A stretch of DNA of 64,000 nucleotides, taken from NCBI RefSeq assembly GCF_006345805.1, contig NC_042997.1, positions 80,042,001-80,106,000 on the forward strand, read 5' to 3'. The notes beneath the pieces are model-generated. The model did not search any database, was not told the DNA's origin, and saw only the letters and a program-made list of their open reading frames with translations. This stretch comes from Octopus sinensis (taxonomy: Eukaryota). Both the position numbers and the translations under genes were made by a program. Shown piece after piece: positions 1 through 11,700 of this stretch; position 1 is the first letter of the stretch; each line of letters begins with the position of its first letter.

Positions 1-379
1 TTTGCTTCATCCCATCTATATTTTTTACTTTCACTCTCTCATCTGTCCTCTTTCTCCTCTCCTTTCTTGCCTTATCTTGTTTCTTCTTTCTCTTCTTCTA
101 CTGAATCTTCTGTTCTGAGTTTTCTGTTGATTTTTTTTTTCTCTTTTTGTTTCTTTCTCCTCTTTCTTTAAGGGTATCCATTCTTTTCATTAATTGTTTT
201 CCTGTTTTAATATTTCAAATTCCCAAACCTTTTAACCCTATTTCTCTACAGTAATCTATCCCAATCTGGCAACACATTGCAGTGTGTGTTATTCCTTAAA
301 AGCAACTTATTCTGCCAACTACTAACTCAATTGCTCCCACTTTAAATAGTCGTAAACAAATTCTTCTTTTGTCACCTTG

Positions 380-720
380 ATTTATTCCTTCCTCTGATAG
401 TAAAAGGGAAAGGGTAGATGAAAGAGAAGGTGTGTCTGTAGGCCAGAAGTTGGAGTGTCCAGGGGTAACTTCATGTCAATCACTTACATGGTTTTTCTTT
501 GTACACAGTCTAAGATATCTATATGTGTAGTAGTAATACCATCCCAAATAAGAGAGCAGTACAGCTTAATAGGTTTTATGAGTTTTATGGAGGTTTATTA
601 CTTGTTGGAAGCTGAGTGTTTTTTGTGGTCTTTGTAATGCAAACTTTGCTCAGATCAGAATGTGCTTTTGCCAAGACAGCTTCTCAGTAATATGAGGCAC
701 AGTGTTTGTAGCAGCCTTGT
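380..720 (-). mobile_element. Decayed CR1/Jockey-like LINE, post-RT region
   Basis: Minus-strand translation LYCSLIWDG....IDILDCVQRK resembles the EYCSHIW...LDRVQ motif; many stops. Confidence 0.5.
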
Positions 721-1709
721 GGCTTCTATTTATATACTGTTCATATTTAGTGAAGTGGGGGTACAATATTGATTTATGTGTTGTGATTGTGTTTTTATGC
801 AGTTGAAGGGGAGAAAATTGACATGACCCATATTGATATACATAATAAACATTGACACAACTGCATCACAAAGACTAGGCAGATTTTCAAACCAACAAAG
901 TAGTTAATCTCTCATTAGTTGTTCTTTACAATTCAAATGCAACCTGCAACTCTCATTGGAGTACTGCTAATATATCTGAAACTGTGCTGCTAGAAACACA
1001 CACATGCACCTCCACACCCTCCCACACACATCTTTGACTACACCCCAAAAATACCATCAGCAAAGATACAACTTTAGCTCTTTAGCAAAGATACAACTTT
1101 AGCTCTTTTTGTTCTGTTTCCATTACCACAATAGCTTCTGCTTCTCCAGAGTAGCTAGAAGCCTACCTTTTCCTTGCAAACTGACCCAACATAGCATAAC
1201 CATCTCTCCCTGAGTAACATAACCATCTTTCCCCACCAAACACATTGCCCAATCCTTTTCCTTCACATAGCTATAAACCTTTGTAATTCCTACTCATGCA
1301 CTCACATTTTTCCTATAGACATTAACCTACAAATGTTCATTAACCTATAAATTTTCAAGCTGAACCTCAACTGCATTAGCCTCACAAGTCAGGAAATGAG
1401 GGAGGGGGAAGTACAAAATCTATCCTGCTCCCCCATTGCTAACTTAAATTTTAAAATCTTGGGTGTAAATTTATCCAGCAACTAAAGTATGGTCCTCAGT
1501 ATTCTTCATGCAGCCATAATTTATACTTTTTTGCTTTCTCACCTAAAAACAATGATTGGTTTCTGTAAATCATGGGCTCTTGGTTCAATGGAATTAATTT
1601 TCTTTTCTCTGAAATTCATAGTACTATCTTGAAAGATTCTATGATCTTTCTTTCACTAACTTAAATTCTCGGTTTTTTCATCCTTCTTGTAGATGTAGTT
1701 TGAGGTAGG

Positions 1710-1850
1710 GTGAGGTGGATGGCATAACTTGTAATAGAAAGGAGGTGAAAATGTCTTGTGGTATTTAGTTATGTCCCTTTAAGTTCTGACTACAAATCCT
1801 GATGAAGTTGATTTTGCCTTTCAACCTTTCAGGGTTTATATAATGACTAT
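1710..1850 (+). mobile_element. Old copy of the SINE family with GCCTTTCATCCTTTCGGGGTCGATAAA core
   Basis: Degenerate match to the copies at 37081-37518. Confidence 0.5.
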
Positions 1851-3584
1851 TGTGACCTTTTGCTGATGTTAGAAATTATAATGAGTGGAAGACACAACAC
1901 AGTACAGTGTTCCAAGCTCAAATCCCATCTGCATCCCTCCAGATAAATAAAATAAATACCATTTATTCTCTTAACTTATCCATTTCCTGAAACTATTTGG
2001 ACCTACATCAACATCTGAAAACTTCATTATTATTTTGAAACATTTAGTAAATTCTTTGGTACTGTAATTATGCATTTCTGTCTGCAAACTTCCAGTACTT
2101 GAAAATCAATATTTTTTTTTTATCTTGCATGCAAAACCTTACCTAGATAAAGGATGTAAACTTTGTACTTTCCGTAAGTCTTGCAATGTGAGTGAAATAA
2201 AATGGCTAAGATTCAGAATAAAATTCAGATAATGGACTTAAACATTGAATGCTTCTCTACTCCAAGGTGTTGACTATTCTTTAAACTTTGTTTGCTTTAT
2301 CAAATCATTCCACTTACATTTTTAATGGATTTTTATTAGATATGATTATTCTTTATTCTCTTTAATGATTTAACAATACATGTCTATTTTTAAATACTTA
2401 TAATATAGAAGTTTGAATGAGACTAATTCATGTACAGGAAAGTAAATTCTCAATTACAACTTTGATATGAAACAAAGTTTGAATTGAACATGTTATAGAA
2501 TAGTGTTATGCATATATTCTTGAAATAAAATTCTTTGGGGTTACATGTGTAATGTGAGCAGAAAATGCTTCTGAGGTTAAATAAAATGGAAATCAACATA
2601 TATGGTGTGTAACCTGGTAGAATTAAAATATAGAAAATTCATGTCTCATTCAACTGAACTGTATTAAAATTAGCTGAAACAAGTGTTGACAAAAATTGAT
2701 TCTGACAATTTCTACTCTAGCTGAATACTGCTGAAGTGGAAGAGAGAGGTAGTGCGTGTGTGTGTGTCTGCATGCATGCATGCGCATGTGCTTTGGGTTC
2801 TACTTATATTGCCAGGTGCCTGGCTAAATGATATTGTGTCATTGGTTCAATAAACTGGTAAAAAATGCTGGACAGCTAAAATTTCATTCGGATACATAAG
2901 GATTACAATAAGTCTTTTAGTTTGGTTGAATTAATCTTCAATGTGTTATTTAAAACAGCATCCTATAATTAGAGTTATATATCCAAATATGGTATTCTGG
3001 CATATATCTATTGTGGTACTTTTATTTCTCTTGTTCTTTTGTTTTGTTGAGAAGAGTTAGAACTCCCTTGTCTAGAGTATAAATCCTTTTTTGACTTGTT
3101 TGGTTCTTCTTATTATGTTGGCTTCATTTACATAGACTTTGTAGACTTGATCTGACATGGCATTTTTCAACTAAATTCAGCTACTTGAGATATCTCATGG
3201 CTATTTTATAGCTACTGGAAAAAAAAAAAAGACAGATGTACTACAGAAAGGAAACATGTACAAAAGACATTTAAGTGGACCCAAACTAAGTATCAGCCAA
3301 ATCTGAAAAAAATGTATTAAATTCTTCAAGTTGAAATTTTATAAAATAGATGGTTATAAATATTTTCTATAGTTGATGTAATATATTCCAGAGCACCACT
3401 GTACAATAAATGTGATTCTTTATCATTATCATCATTATCAGAACTGCTGCTGCCATCATCAATAAATTGTACTCTAGAGTAGGTGATAATTTTATTTCCC
3501 AACAGTATGGAAGGATTGCTTTTTAAATTAAATCAATTGGATAAAATGTTTTCATTGCATTTGCATGAGAAATATAATTTTCTA

Positions 3585-4803
3585 TGTATGATCTCACTAC
3601 TGACCAATTCAGTAGCGAAGGAAGATGCGCTGAAAGTGTAGCTGCTAGAATAAGAATAGCTTGGGCAAAGTTCAGAGAGCTCTTACCTCTGCTGGTGACA
3701 AGGGCCTCTCGCTCAGAATAACAGGTAGATATTGTGTATGTATGATGCATGTGTACGAACAGCCATGCTACACAGCAGTGAAACATGGGCTGTGACTGCT
3801 GAGGACATGCGTAAGCTCACAAGGAATGAAGCCAGTATGATCTGATGGATGTGTAATGTCAGTGTGCATACTCGACAGAGTGTAAGTGCCTTGAGAGAAA
3901 AGTTGGACCTAAGAAGCATTAGATGTGGTGTGCAAGAGAGACGACTGCGCTGGTATGGTCATGTGGCAAGAATGGATGAGGATAGCTGCGTGAAAAAGTG
4001 CCACACCCTAGTGGTTGAGTGAACCTGTGGAAGAGGTAGACCCAGGAAGACCTGGGATGAAGTAGTGAAGCACGACCTTCGAACATTAGGCCTCACCAAG
4101 GAAATGACTAGTGACTGAGACTTTTGGAAATATGCTGTGCTCAAGAAGACCCGGCAAGCCAAATGAGACCATAACCTGTGGCCTGTGCCAGGAGCATAAC
4201 CAGCCCACTTATGCATACCTTTTCCTTCTTTGGTCACTAAACTCTGCTTGCGAAGACCTGTTGAGGCAAGTGAAATTAAAATCAAATCAAAATCAATTCG
4301 ATGACTGGCATCTGTGCTAGCGGTGTGCAAAGAGCACCATACAAGTGTGATTGTTGACAGAGCGGCTATTTGAGTATGATCATTACCAGCGTTGCCTTAC
4401 TGGCTCTCATGCCTGTGCTAGTAGGGTGCCAAGAGCACCATCCAAGTGTGATCGTTGCCAGAGCAGCCAACTGGCTTCCGTACCCATGGCACGTACAAGG
4501 GCACCATTCGAGCGTGATCGTTACCAACGTCACTTCACTGGCACCTGGGCCGGTGGTACGTGTAAAAAGATTCGAGCGAGGTCATTGCCAGTACCGCCTG
4601 ACTGGCCCCCGTGCCGGTGGCACGTAAAAAGCACCCACTACACTCTCGGAGTTAGGAAAGGCATCCAGCTGTAGAAACTCTGCCAGATCAAGATCGGAGC
4701 CTTGTGCAGCCATCTGGCTCGCCAGCCCTCAGTCAAAATCGTCCAACCCATGCTAGCATGGAAAGCAGACGTTAAACGACGATGATGATGATCATCATCA
4801 TCA
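3585..4803 (+). mobile_element. 5'-truncated RTE-clade LINE: ORF C-terminus, repeat-containing 3' UTR and (GAT)n/(CAT)n tail
   Basis: IRIAWAKFRELLPLL, ETWAVTAEDMRKL, RRLRWYGHVARM, GRGRPRKTWDEVV in disrupted frames; three internal AAGAGCACCAT..GTGTGATCGTT repeats; microsatellite tail. Confidence 0.92.
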
Positions 4804-5537
4804 TAAGCTTAAGTACCTTTCTTTTACTTCAGGTAAATTGTTAGGGCTGAAAACATTGTAAAACAGTTAAGAAATCTTAAAATGGGAGACAGTGTATTCA
4901 CTATACCAGGAGGGCAGACACTTAATGAAAATTATGATGTAATTTCATTTGTGTGTTGCTTTGGTACTTGAAGAGACTAGAATACATATTGCTTTGCATG
5001 CCCTTTTTAGATTTAAATTTTCTTAACCATCACCTCCAGCTTATTGAAAGTTCTTTGAAATTATTTATTAGTTTCCACTTTCAGAAGGAAATTTTTTAAG
5101 TTTCTGACATCAGTGTTAAGTATTATTCAGTTAGTATTTTAACTGATTCAAGTTCTCTCTTAGGTTTGAAAGTATGACTCTCATACTTCATACATCTTCC
5201 TCATCCCTTTCAAAATTTTCTTTTCCTTCCTTGATAATGAGTCAATTGAAAATATAGGTCTATAAAACAATCTCCAGAAGACGTCTTCCATCATACTTAT
5301 TTCGGAAAAATGATAACCATGAAGCCATAGTTTACTGTTAAAATTTGACAGGTCTGCTCAGTTCAGATTGACCAGAACTGTCATGAAATAAGTTGATCAA
5401 TATAATACCAGAGATAGTCTTTAATTACTTATTCATCCAGTTAAATTTATTCATGTCTACTTGCGGTAGGCATGAATAAATCAAATCGGTAACAAAAGAT
5501 CTTATGTGATACGCCAAAAATATTTTTACATCAAAGA

Positions 5538-5551
5538 CATACATACATACA

Positions 5552-5587
<36 letters not shown>
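5538..5587. repeat. (ATAC)n microsatellite abutting the assembly gap
   Basis: Direct reading of the sequence. Confidence 0.95.
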
Positions 5588-5687
5588 NNNNNNNNNNNNN
5601 NNNNNNNNNNNNNNNNNNNNNNNNNNNNNNNNNNNNNNNNNNNNNNNNNNNNNNNNNNNNNNNNNNNNNNNNNNNNNNNNNNNNNNN
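5588..5687. other. Assembly gap (100 N)
   Basis: Run of exactly 100 N, typical of a scaffolding placeholder; true distance unknown. Confidence 0.99.
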
Positions 5688-5803
5688 ATTCCTTTGGGGG
5701 AATTTGAAACATTTTATAGTTTCATAGTAGTGAGGAGGAATAAGACAGTATAAGAGGGTGAGGAGGAAGTGAGACAGAGAAAACATGTGTGTATGTGTAT
5801 GTG

Positions 5804-5838
<35 letters not shown>

Positions 5839-6624
5839 CTGCATTTGTATCTGAGAGGAAAGAAGTGTTATTTCCGTTGGCCTGCTGGACCTCCTGTGGT
5901 TTTATAAGAATTTTGGCTCTGTCCATTTTGGTGTCACTGAGTGTGTGTTGTGTGTAGGTTGGCTGGACAAATGTCATTTGGGGTCATACTTTCTATGATC
6001 ATTTTGTGGAGGTGTGTGTGTGTGTCTCTGTGTGTCCGTGTGTGTTTGTGTGCATGTGTGTGTGTGTGTCTCTGTGTTTGGAGAAGGGGAGAGACAAAAA
6101 GAGAAAAGGGAAAATAAAAATAAATATAAAAATAAAAATAAAAAAATTATTAAAAAATATAAAAAATAAATAAAAATAAAAAAAGGAGGAAGTGGAGAAG
6201 AAAAAAATATTTTTGGGTTGATATTTATACCAATACATATATATACCCACACAGACTTATACATAAAATATTTGAAAAAAACCCTTTTATGGTTCAAAAT
6301 GAAAACCAAATTTATACCATCTTGAAATTGTATATCATAGGAAGTTAAATTAAAGTGACATTAAAAGGCAAAGATGGAAGAAATTATAAAGATAATAATA
6401 TAATATAATGTATATAACAGGCAACACACATATCTATACACAGACAGATATATATATATATATATATACACATACAGACATATACTAAATGTTCTACTAT
6501 ATTAGATTGTAAATCGAAAGATGCGTCCTTCAATGTCACTATATATATATATATATATACATGCTTACACGTGAAATATTAGAGAAAAATCCACCTTCTA
6601 ATGAATCAAAATGAACAATCAAGT

Positions 6625-7204
6625 TACACCATCTTGAAAATTGCATATCATAGGAAGGTTAAAATTAGAATGACATTTGGCAAGTAAAGATCAAGTAAAT
6701 TGCAAATATAGCATAAAAAACAGTAGACGACAGGACAAAAACCTAAAAAAACACCTAACAAGAGCGAAATTCTCTTCAGAAACTAAAACGGAATTCTTTG
6801 CAAAAGAGTGCGGAGATGGTAGATGTGGGACCTGCAGCAACCCCACCTACAAATACATAGAGAGCAACAGAGAGATAAGATTTTAAAATGGTGACATATT
6901 CAAAGTAAATGCAGATATGAACTGCAAGACGCAGAATGTCATATACTGCATAATCTGCCCCACGTGCAAGGAGAATTATGTAGGTGAAACTGGTAATTCT
7001 TTGTGCCAGCGAGCCAGGATCCACCGACAACATATTCGGCAGGAAGAACTATGCAAAATACCACTAAGCACACACCTAGCTACATGTGGAGAAGGAAAAT
7101 TTAAGATATTTCCCTTCTACAAGTGTCCGAAGAACGACACCCCCTTCGGGAGGAATATGGAAAAACATTTCATAGCTAAGTTCTCCCCCAAATTAAATGG
7201 CTGA
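6625..7204 (+). mobile_element. Penelope-like retroelement fragment: linker Zn motif plus GIY-YIG endonuclease C-terminus
   Basis: ORF 6677: KECGDGRCGTC. ORF 6917: NCKTQNVIYCIICPTCKENYVGETGNSLCQRARIHRQH...[13 protein letters not shown]. The VIY..CxxC..YVG pattern is typical of Neptune-type PLE endonucleases; one frameshift. Confidence 0.9.
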
Positions 7205-7224
7205 AACTTTACTCAAGGACAAAT

Positions 7225-7257
7225 GTATGTATATACATGTATGTATATACATGTATG

Positions 7258-7332
<75 letters not shown>

Positions 7333-7342
7333 GTATATATAG
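7225..7342. repeat. Compound (ATGT/AT)n microsatellite directly after the PLE stop codon
   Basis: Direct reading of the sequence. Confidence 0.95.
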
Positions 7343-7385
7343 ATAAATAAATAGTGTTTAAAGCAGGTGTAATTCAAATTCTTTT

Positions 7386-7443
7386 ACTTCTGACACATGT
7401 TTCTAAATGGTGTAAAACAATGTAATCTTATCTTCAGAGAAGT
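7386..7443 (-). ncRNA. Candidate type I hammerhead ribozyme (PLE-associated minimal form)
   Basis: Minus strand reads ACUUCU-CUGAAGA-[27 nt]-GAAAC-AUGU-GUC-AGAAGU: full catalytic core, 6-bp helix I, GUC cleavage triplet, palindromic ACAUGU helix III; helix II weak. Confidence 0.65.
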
Positions 7444-7718
7444 GAAGAAATGAAACTCATCAATCAGACATTTTAACAGAAAATGATGGATATGTATAGT
7501 GATTAACTGAATGCTATAAATATTGCTTGAAAAAAACATGATATAATGTCAGAGGCAGCCTATAGAAAGAGGAGGGATAAATTAAAGAAAAACTAAATAA
7601 ATGAGAAGTATATGACTATATGTATGTTAAATAAAACTTTATATACTAGGAAAATATATATTTAGTGAATGTGAAATATAAAAAGAAAATTAATGTTTAA
7701 ATTATATATAATTATATA

Positions 7719-8107
7719 GGCACAGGAGTGGCTGTGTGGTAAGTAGCTTGCTAACCAGCCACATGGTTCTGGGTTCAGTCCCACTGTGTGGCACCTTGGG
7801 CAAGTGTCTTCTGCTATAGCCCCGGGCCGACCAATGCCTTGTGAGTGGATTTGGTAGACGGAAACTGAAAGAAGCCCGTCGTATATATGTGTATATATGT
7901 GTGTTTGTGTGTCTGTGTTTGTCTCCCTAGCATTGCTTGACAACCGATGCTGATGTGTTTACTTCCCCGTCACTTAGCGGTTCGGCAAAAGAGACCGATA
8001 GAATAAGTACTGGGCTTACAAAGAATAAGTCCTGGGGTCGATTTGCTCGACTAAAGGCGGTGCTCCAGCATGGCCACAGTCAAATGACTGAAACAAATAA
8101 AAGAGTA
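7719..8107 (+). mobile_element. Full-length tRNA-derived SINE of a major octopus family
   Basis: A-box-like TGGCTGTGTGGT, B-box-like GGGTTCAGTCCC, internal microsatellite; tail CCAGCATGGCC..AGTC..ATGACTGAAACAA shared with copies at 24100-24300 and 26865-27000. Confidence 0.9.
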
Positions 8108-8258
8108 TAATGATAGAGATCACTTATATGATCTAAAGGTATGCTTTTGCCAATGTTTACATCGGTATGCATGCTCTATAACCGTGTTTATAGCAGATTG
8201 TTATGTTGATCGCGTCAACCAGAACTCCTATTGTTGTAACCAATGGAATACCAGTCTG

Positions 8259-8410
8259 TCTTTTACTTGTTTCAGTCATTAAACTGCAGCCATGCTGTGG
8301 CATTACCTGGAGTATTTCGTTGTTGAATGATTCAACACTAGTACTTTTTTTTTTTAAGCCTGCTAGTTATTCTATCAGACTTATTTTTACCAATCTGTTA
8401 AGTTATAGGG
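8259..8410 (-). mobile_element. Older antisense 3' half of the same SINE family
   Basis: Reverse complement matches 7965-8103 (GATAGAATAA...GCATGGC.GCAGT..AATGACTGAAACAAGTAAAA). Confidence 0.75.
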
Positions 8411-8688
8411 ATACACACACATGTGTGTTTGTGTGGTTTTTGAATTTCTGCAAGAGATTTTATCTAAAACCAATATTGTTATAATTTGGAGGGTCATACT
8501 ATCAATAAACATATGCACTAGGTGTGGTACACTTCAATTTTAGTTATATTGTTTCATCGTATATCTGAAATGAACCACAACCAGCATACATTTATTAAGT
8601 GTGACTCTCATAAAGTATAGCTAATATATAGCAAAATGGATACTATAATTATTTCAAATTTTTTGTGAATTTATTGAACTGATTAATA

Positions 8689-8721
<33 letters not shown>

Positions 8722-8725
8722 ATAG

Positions 8726-8797
8726 AAAGATTGGAACAAAGATCCACCAAATGTTGACTTTCTTGAAGTTGAAGTGGAAAATGAGCAGAAAGAAGAA
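8726..8797 (+). CDS. CACNA2D: CACNA2D exon (72 nt, phase 0-0): KDWNKDPPNVDFLEVEVENEQKEE
   Basis: Long poly-T tract then tatag acceptor; gtaaat donor; matches DFLDAELEN motif. Confidence 0.93.
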
Positions 8798-11700
8798 GTA
8801 AATATGAAATTGTTAATTAACCTTCTATATTACACAAACTTCCCTCCCATCACATTTCATTATTAACAAACTTGGTTTTATTTTGCAATTACTAGTGTGC
8901 CTATTTTGTTTATTCATTTTTTAAATTTTATATTTATTTTGTTTTACATGATTAAAATCAATATTGTCGAAGTAGGGAATACCTGGAGTTTTAACAGAGG
9001 TGAGGCATGTCAGGAATATGCAGTGTGTGTGTATGTGCGTGTATGTGTGTGTGTGCAGGTGTAGTAATAATTCAATTTAATTTAAACAGGGTCTTTCATC
9101 ATCCTTGCTCTATGCATATCAGTGATTCTCAACTTGGAGTAATATGAACCTTAGGGATCCATATAAGAATTTATTGCTAAAATTTATCTGCAATAGTATA
9201 TTCTTCTACAATACTAAAAGTATTTTGATTTTTTTATCCAGTTCCTAATATTATTCATTTATAAAAATATAGTAACATTTTTTTATATATACACAGTGAA
9301 TGGCTATGGAGGTACAGTAGAGTAGAATAGCAATTGAAGGGGTCCATAGGCAAAAAATTCAAAATTTTTAATTTAATTCAATAATGATTTAATTGGTTCC
9401 AACTAATGTTATGATTGCTGATACTCACGTTATTAGATAAGTTTGACAAGATTGTCCGTGTTTTTGTTTTCTAGTTGCGCCGTAGAATGATTGATGGAGA
9501 GAGTGGTACAATGGAAATACAGACCTTTGTTGTCTCTCCAGATGGTGTAAGTATTACTTTCTGACTTTATATAATAAAGCCAATTATAAAAAACATATTC
9601 ACTCTTGAACAAAACCTGAACCACAGAGAAAAAAAACTGATTTCATTTTAATGCAAAATCTATAGAAATCACTACTTTTTTTTTTATAATTTAACTACTT
9701 ATTGCTTGGGATGGATGATTTTTACTACTTTTTGCCCATTTTTTCTCCATTTGAATTTTCATTGTTTATAATCTATCTATCTACCTTTCATTAGAATTTT
9801 ATATTTTTGATAGGTTTTCACTGTAATTAGTTAATACAATAATTTCATTTTGTGCTTCACACAAACACCACCTTCATAATTAATCAAATATATGGACAAT
9901 GAAAAAATTATGTGGATATGTGATGGAATTGGAACAATTTATTGCCATCTAAGCTCCAACACTTATAAACCTTGCCACCAGATGAAAACAAAAGTCACCT
10001 CCAAAACACTTAAACACAGCCACTCACAATACATTTACCATATTCTGACTAGCTCCACCTTGCCTGACTCTGCTGTGCTGATGATCAGAATCTATACATA
10101 TATAGAATAAACTGGAGAGTAATTTATCACTGCATGTTAGAATGTGCAGTGTGGTCCCTTGTTTGGTGCAAAGATGCTTCATCTGTGAGTTAAGCTTATT
10201 TATTTGGAAGGCTATAGTATAGTTCTTCTTAGGCCTAAATAACAACAATAATAAATAAGTGGATTTACAGTTAAATAATTCCCTTGGGAATCTGAATGAA
10301 TATATTTCAACTTTTATCTCTTAAACATTCATTATTTCTCATGAATTCTGAACTTTTTATTTAAGTTCAATTCTTTTTTTAACTTTCTATAACCTAACCT
10401 TTGTTTCTTTTTTGCAGGGATGTGCAATAATTAGATGCTATTTTGTGTATTAAGATGTATATTTAGTTAGCTATTTTATATATGATAGTAGATCATATTT
10501 TATGTATCAAACATGATCGTTCATAATAAGATAAGTATAATTGTTGAAAATATGAATTAGATGTAAAATTATTCATAAAATGACAAAATAACTTTACCAC
10601 AACTTTTATAAATATTATATTGAAAAATTTGTGTTTTTCTTTAATCTAGAATCATGCCTGGTTAGAAAACAGAACATATTCCTTTGTTCCTATTCAAGAA
10701 ACATCCTTCAGGTAATGTTATCATATCTTACGTTGTGTATACAATTAAATGAGAGAAATATATGAGTAGGTATATGCACAGCTATCTGATTAAGAAATTT
10801 ACTTTACAACCACATGGTTTGATCCCATTGTATGGCACCATAAGAAGTCTCTTCTATTGCTTTATTTTGATGAAAACCTTGGAGTTGAATATATAATAGA
10901 CAGAAGTTGTGCAAAAGTTGTCATATTTGTATGTGTGAGTGTCTGTTCACATTTGCACTGCTCAAAGCTTTCTGTTGTTTACATTTTGTCACTTTGTTAT
11001 ATAGCTTAGTGGTTTCACTAGTAGGGATAAATAAAATCAATGCCAAAATGAAATAAGGGCTTGGTTTAATATTAATTTGAATGTGAAAGGGTTAAATATG
11101 GATATTGAATTTCTTTGAGGTATAAGGCATCACTGCAAATAGATATTTGTTTCACTTAGCAATGTTTTTGAAGAAAGTGTTTGTTTTCAGTTCTGGAAAA
11201 CAAAAATTACATTAGGAATAACCATTTAACCATTTAAGAACACAAGAAACCATTTGTTCATTTTCATCTATTTTTTAATAGTACAGTCTTTTAGGAAATG
11301 TCAAAAATATTTCATTGTACTTCTGCAATTTAGTCACTGATACAATTCCCCAGCAATCTGGAATTATCAGTGACAAAGTGTAGAAGGAAAGCAAAGCATT
11401 TTGACTCTTCATTATGGAACATGGTATTAAGAAATGAATGGATTGTGAAAATAAGGTTTTGTGTTTACTTAAGTGGTTAAAATACACTGAAGTTACTTTG
11501 ATTTCAATACTCATACTCGGATAAAATAACTTATCAAGTAAGTGTAACATCTAAAATAGAGAAACTTGTTCGATTCATATTAAATGTTATAGTTCTAGAT
11601 TTTCTTTACTTTAAAATGTGTGTGTGTGTTGTTTTAAAATGATGTTTTAAGATGAACAAACAAGGTTACATAACTCAGTTTTAATTTTCATGCAAGTGTT

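Noticed and set aside
2721-2748. tctag|CTGAATACTGCTGAAGTGGAAGAGAGAG|gtagtg as an upstream CACNA2D microexon
   Set aside because: The frame needed to join phase-0 exon 8726 contains TGA; no alpha2-delta motif; weak donor.
4351-4674. GC-rich ORFs 4351-4674 and 4370-4627
   Set aside because: They lie in the repeat-containing 3' UTR of the RTE element; no protein motif.
5425-6309. ORFs around the gap and microsatellites (also 12374, 27074, 51632-53178)
   Set aside because: Translations of N runs, (AT)n, (GT)n and A/T tracts; not coding.
6510-6540. GAAAGATGCGTC as a second hammerhead
   Set aside because: No upstream CUGANGA and a helix III mismatch.
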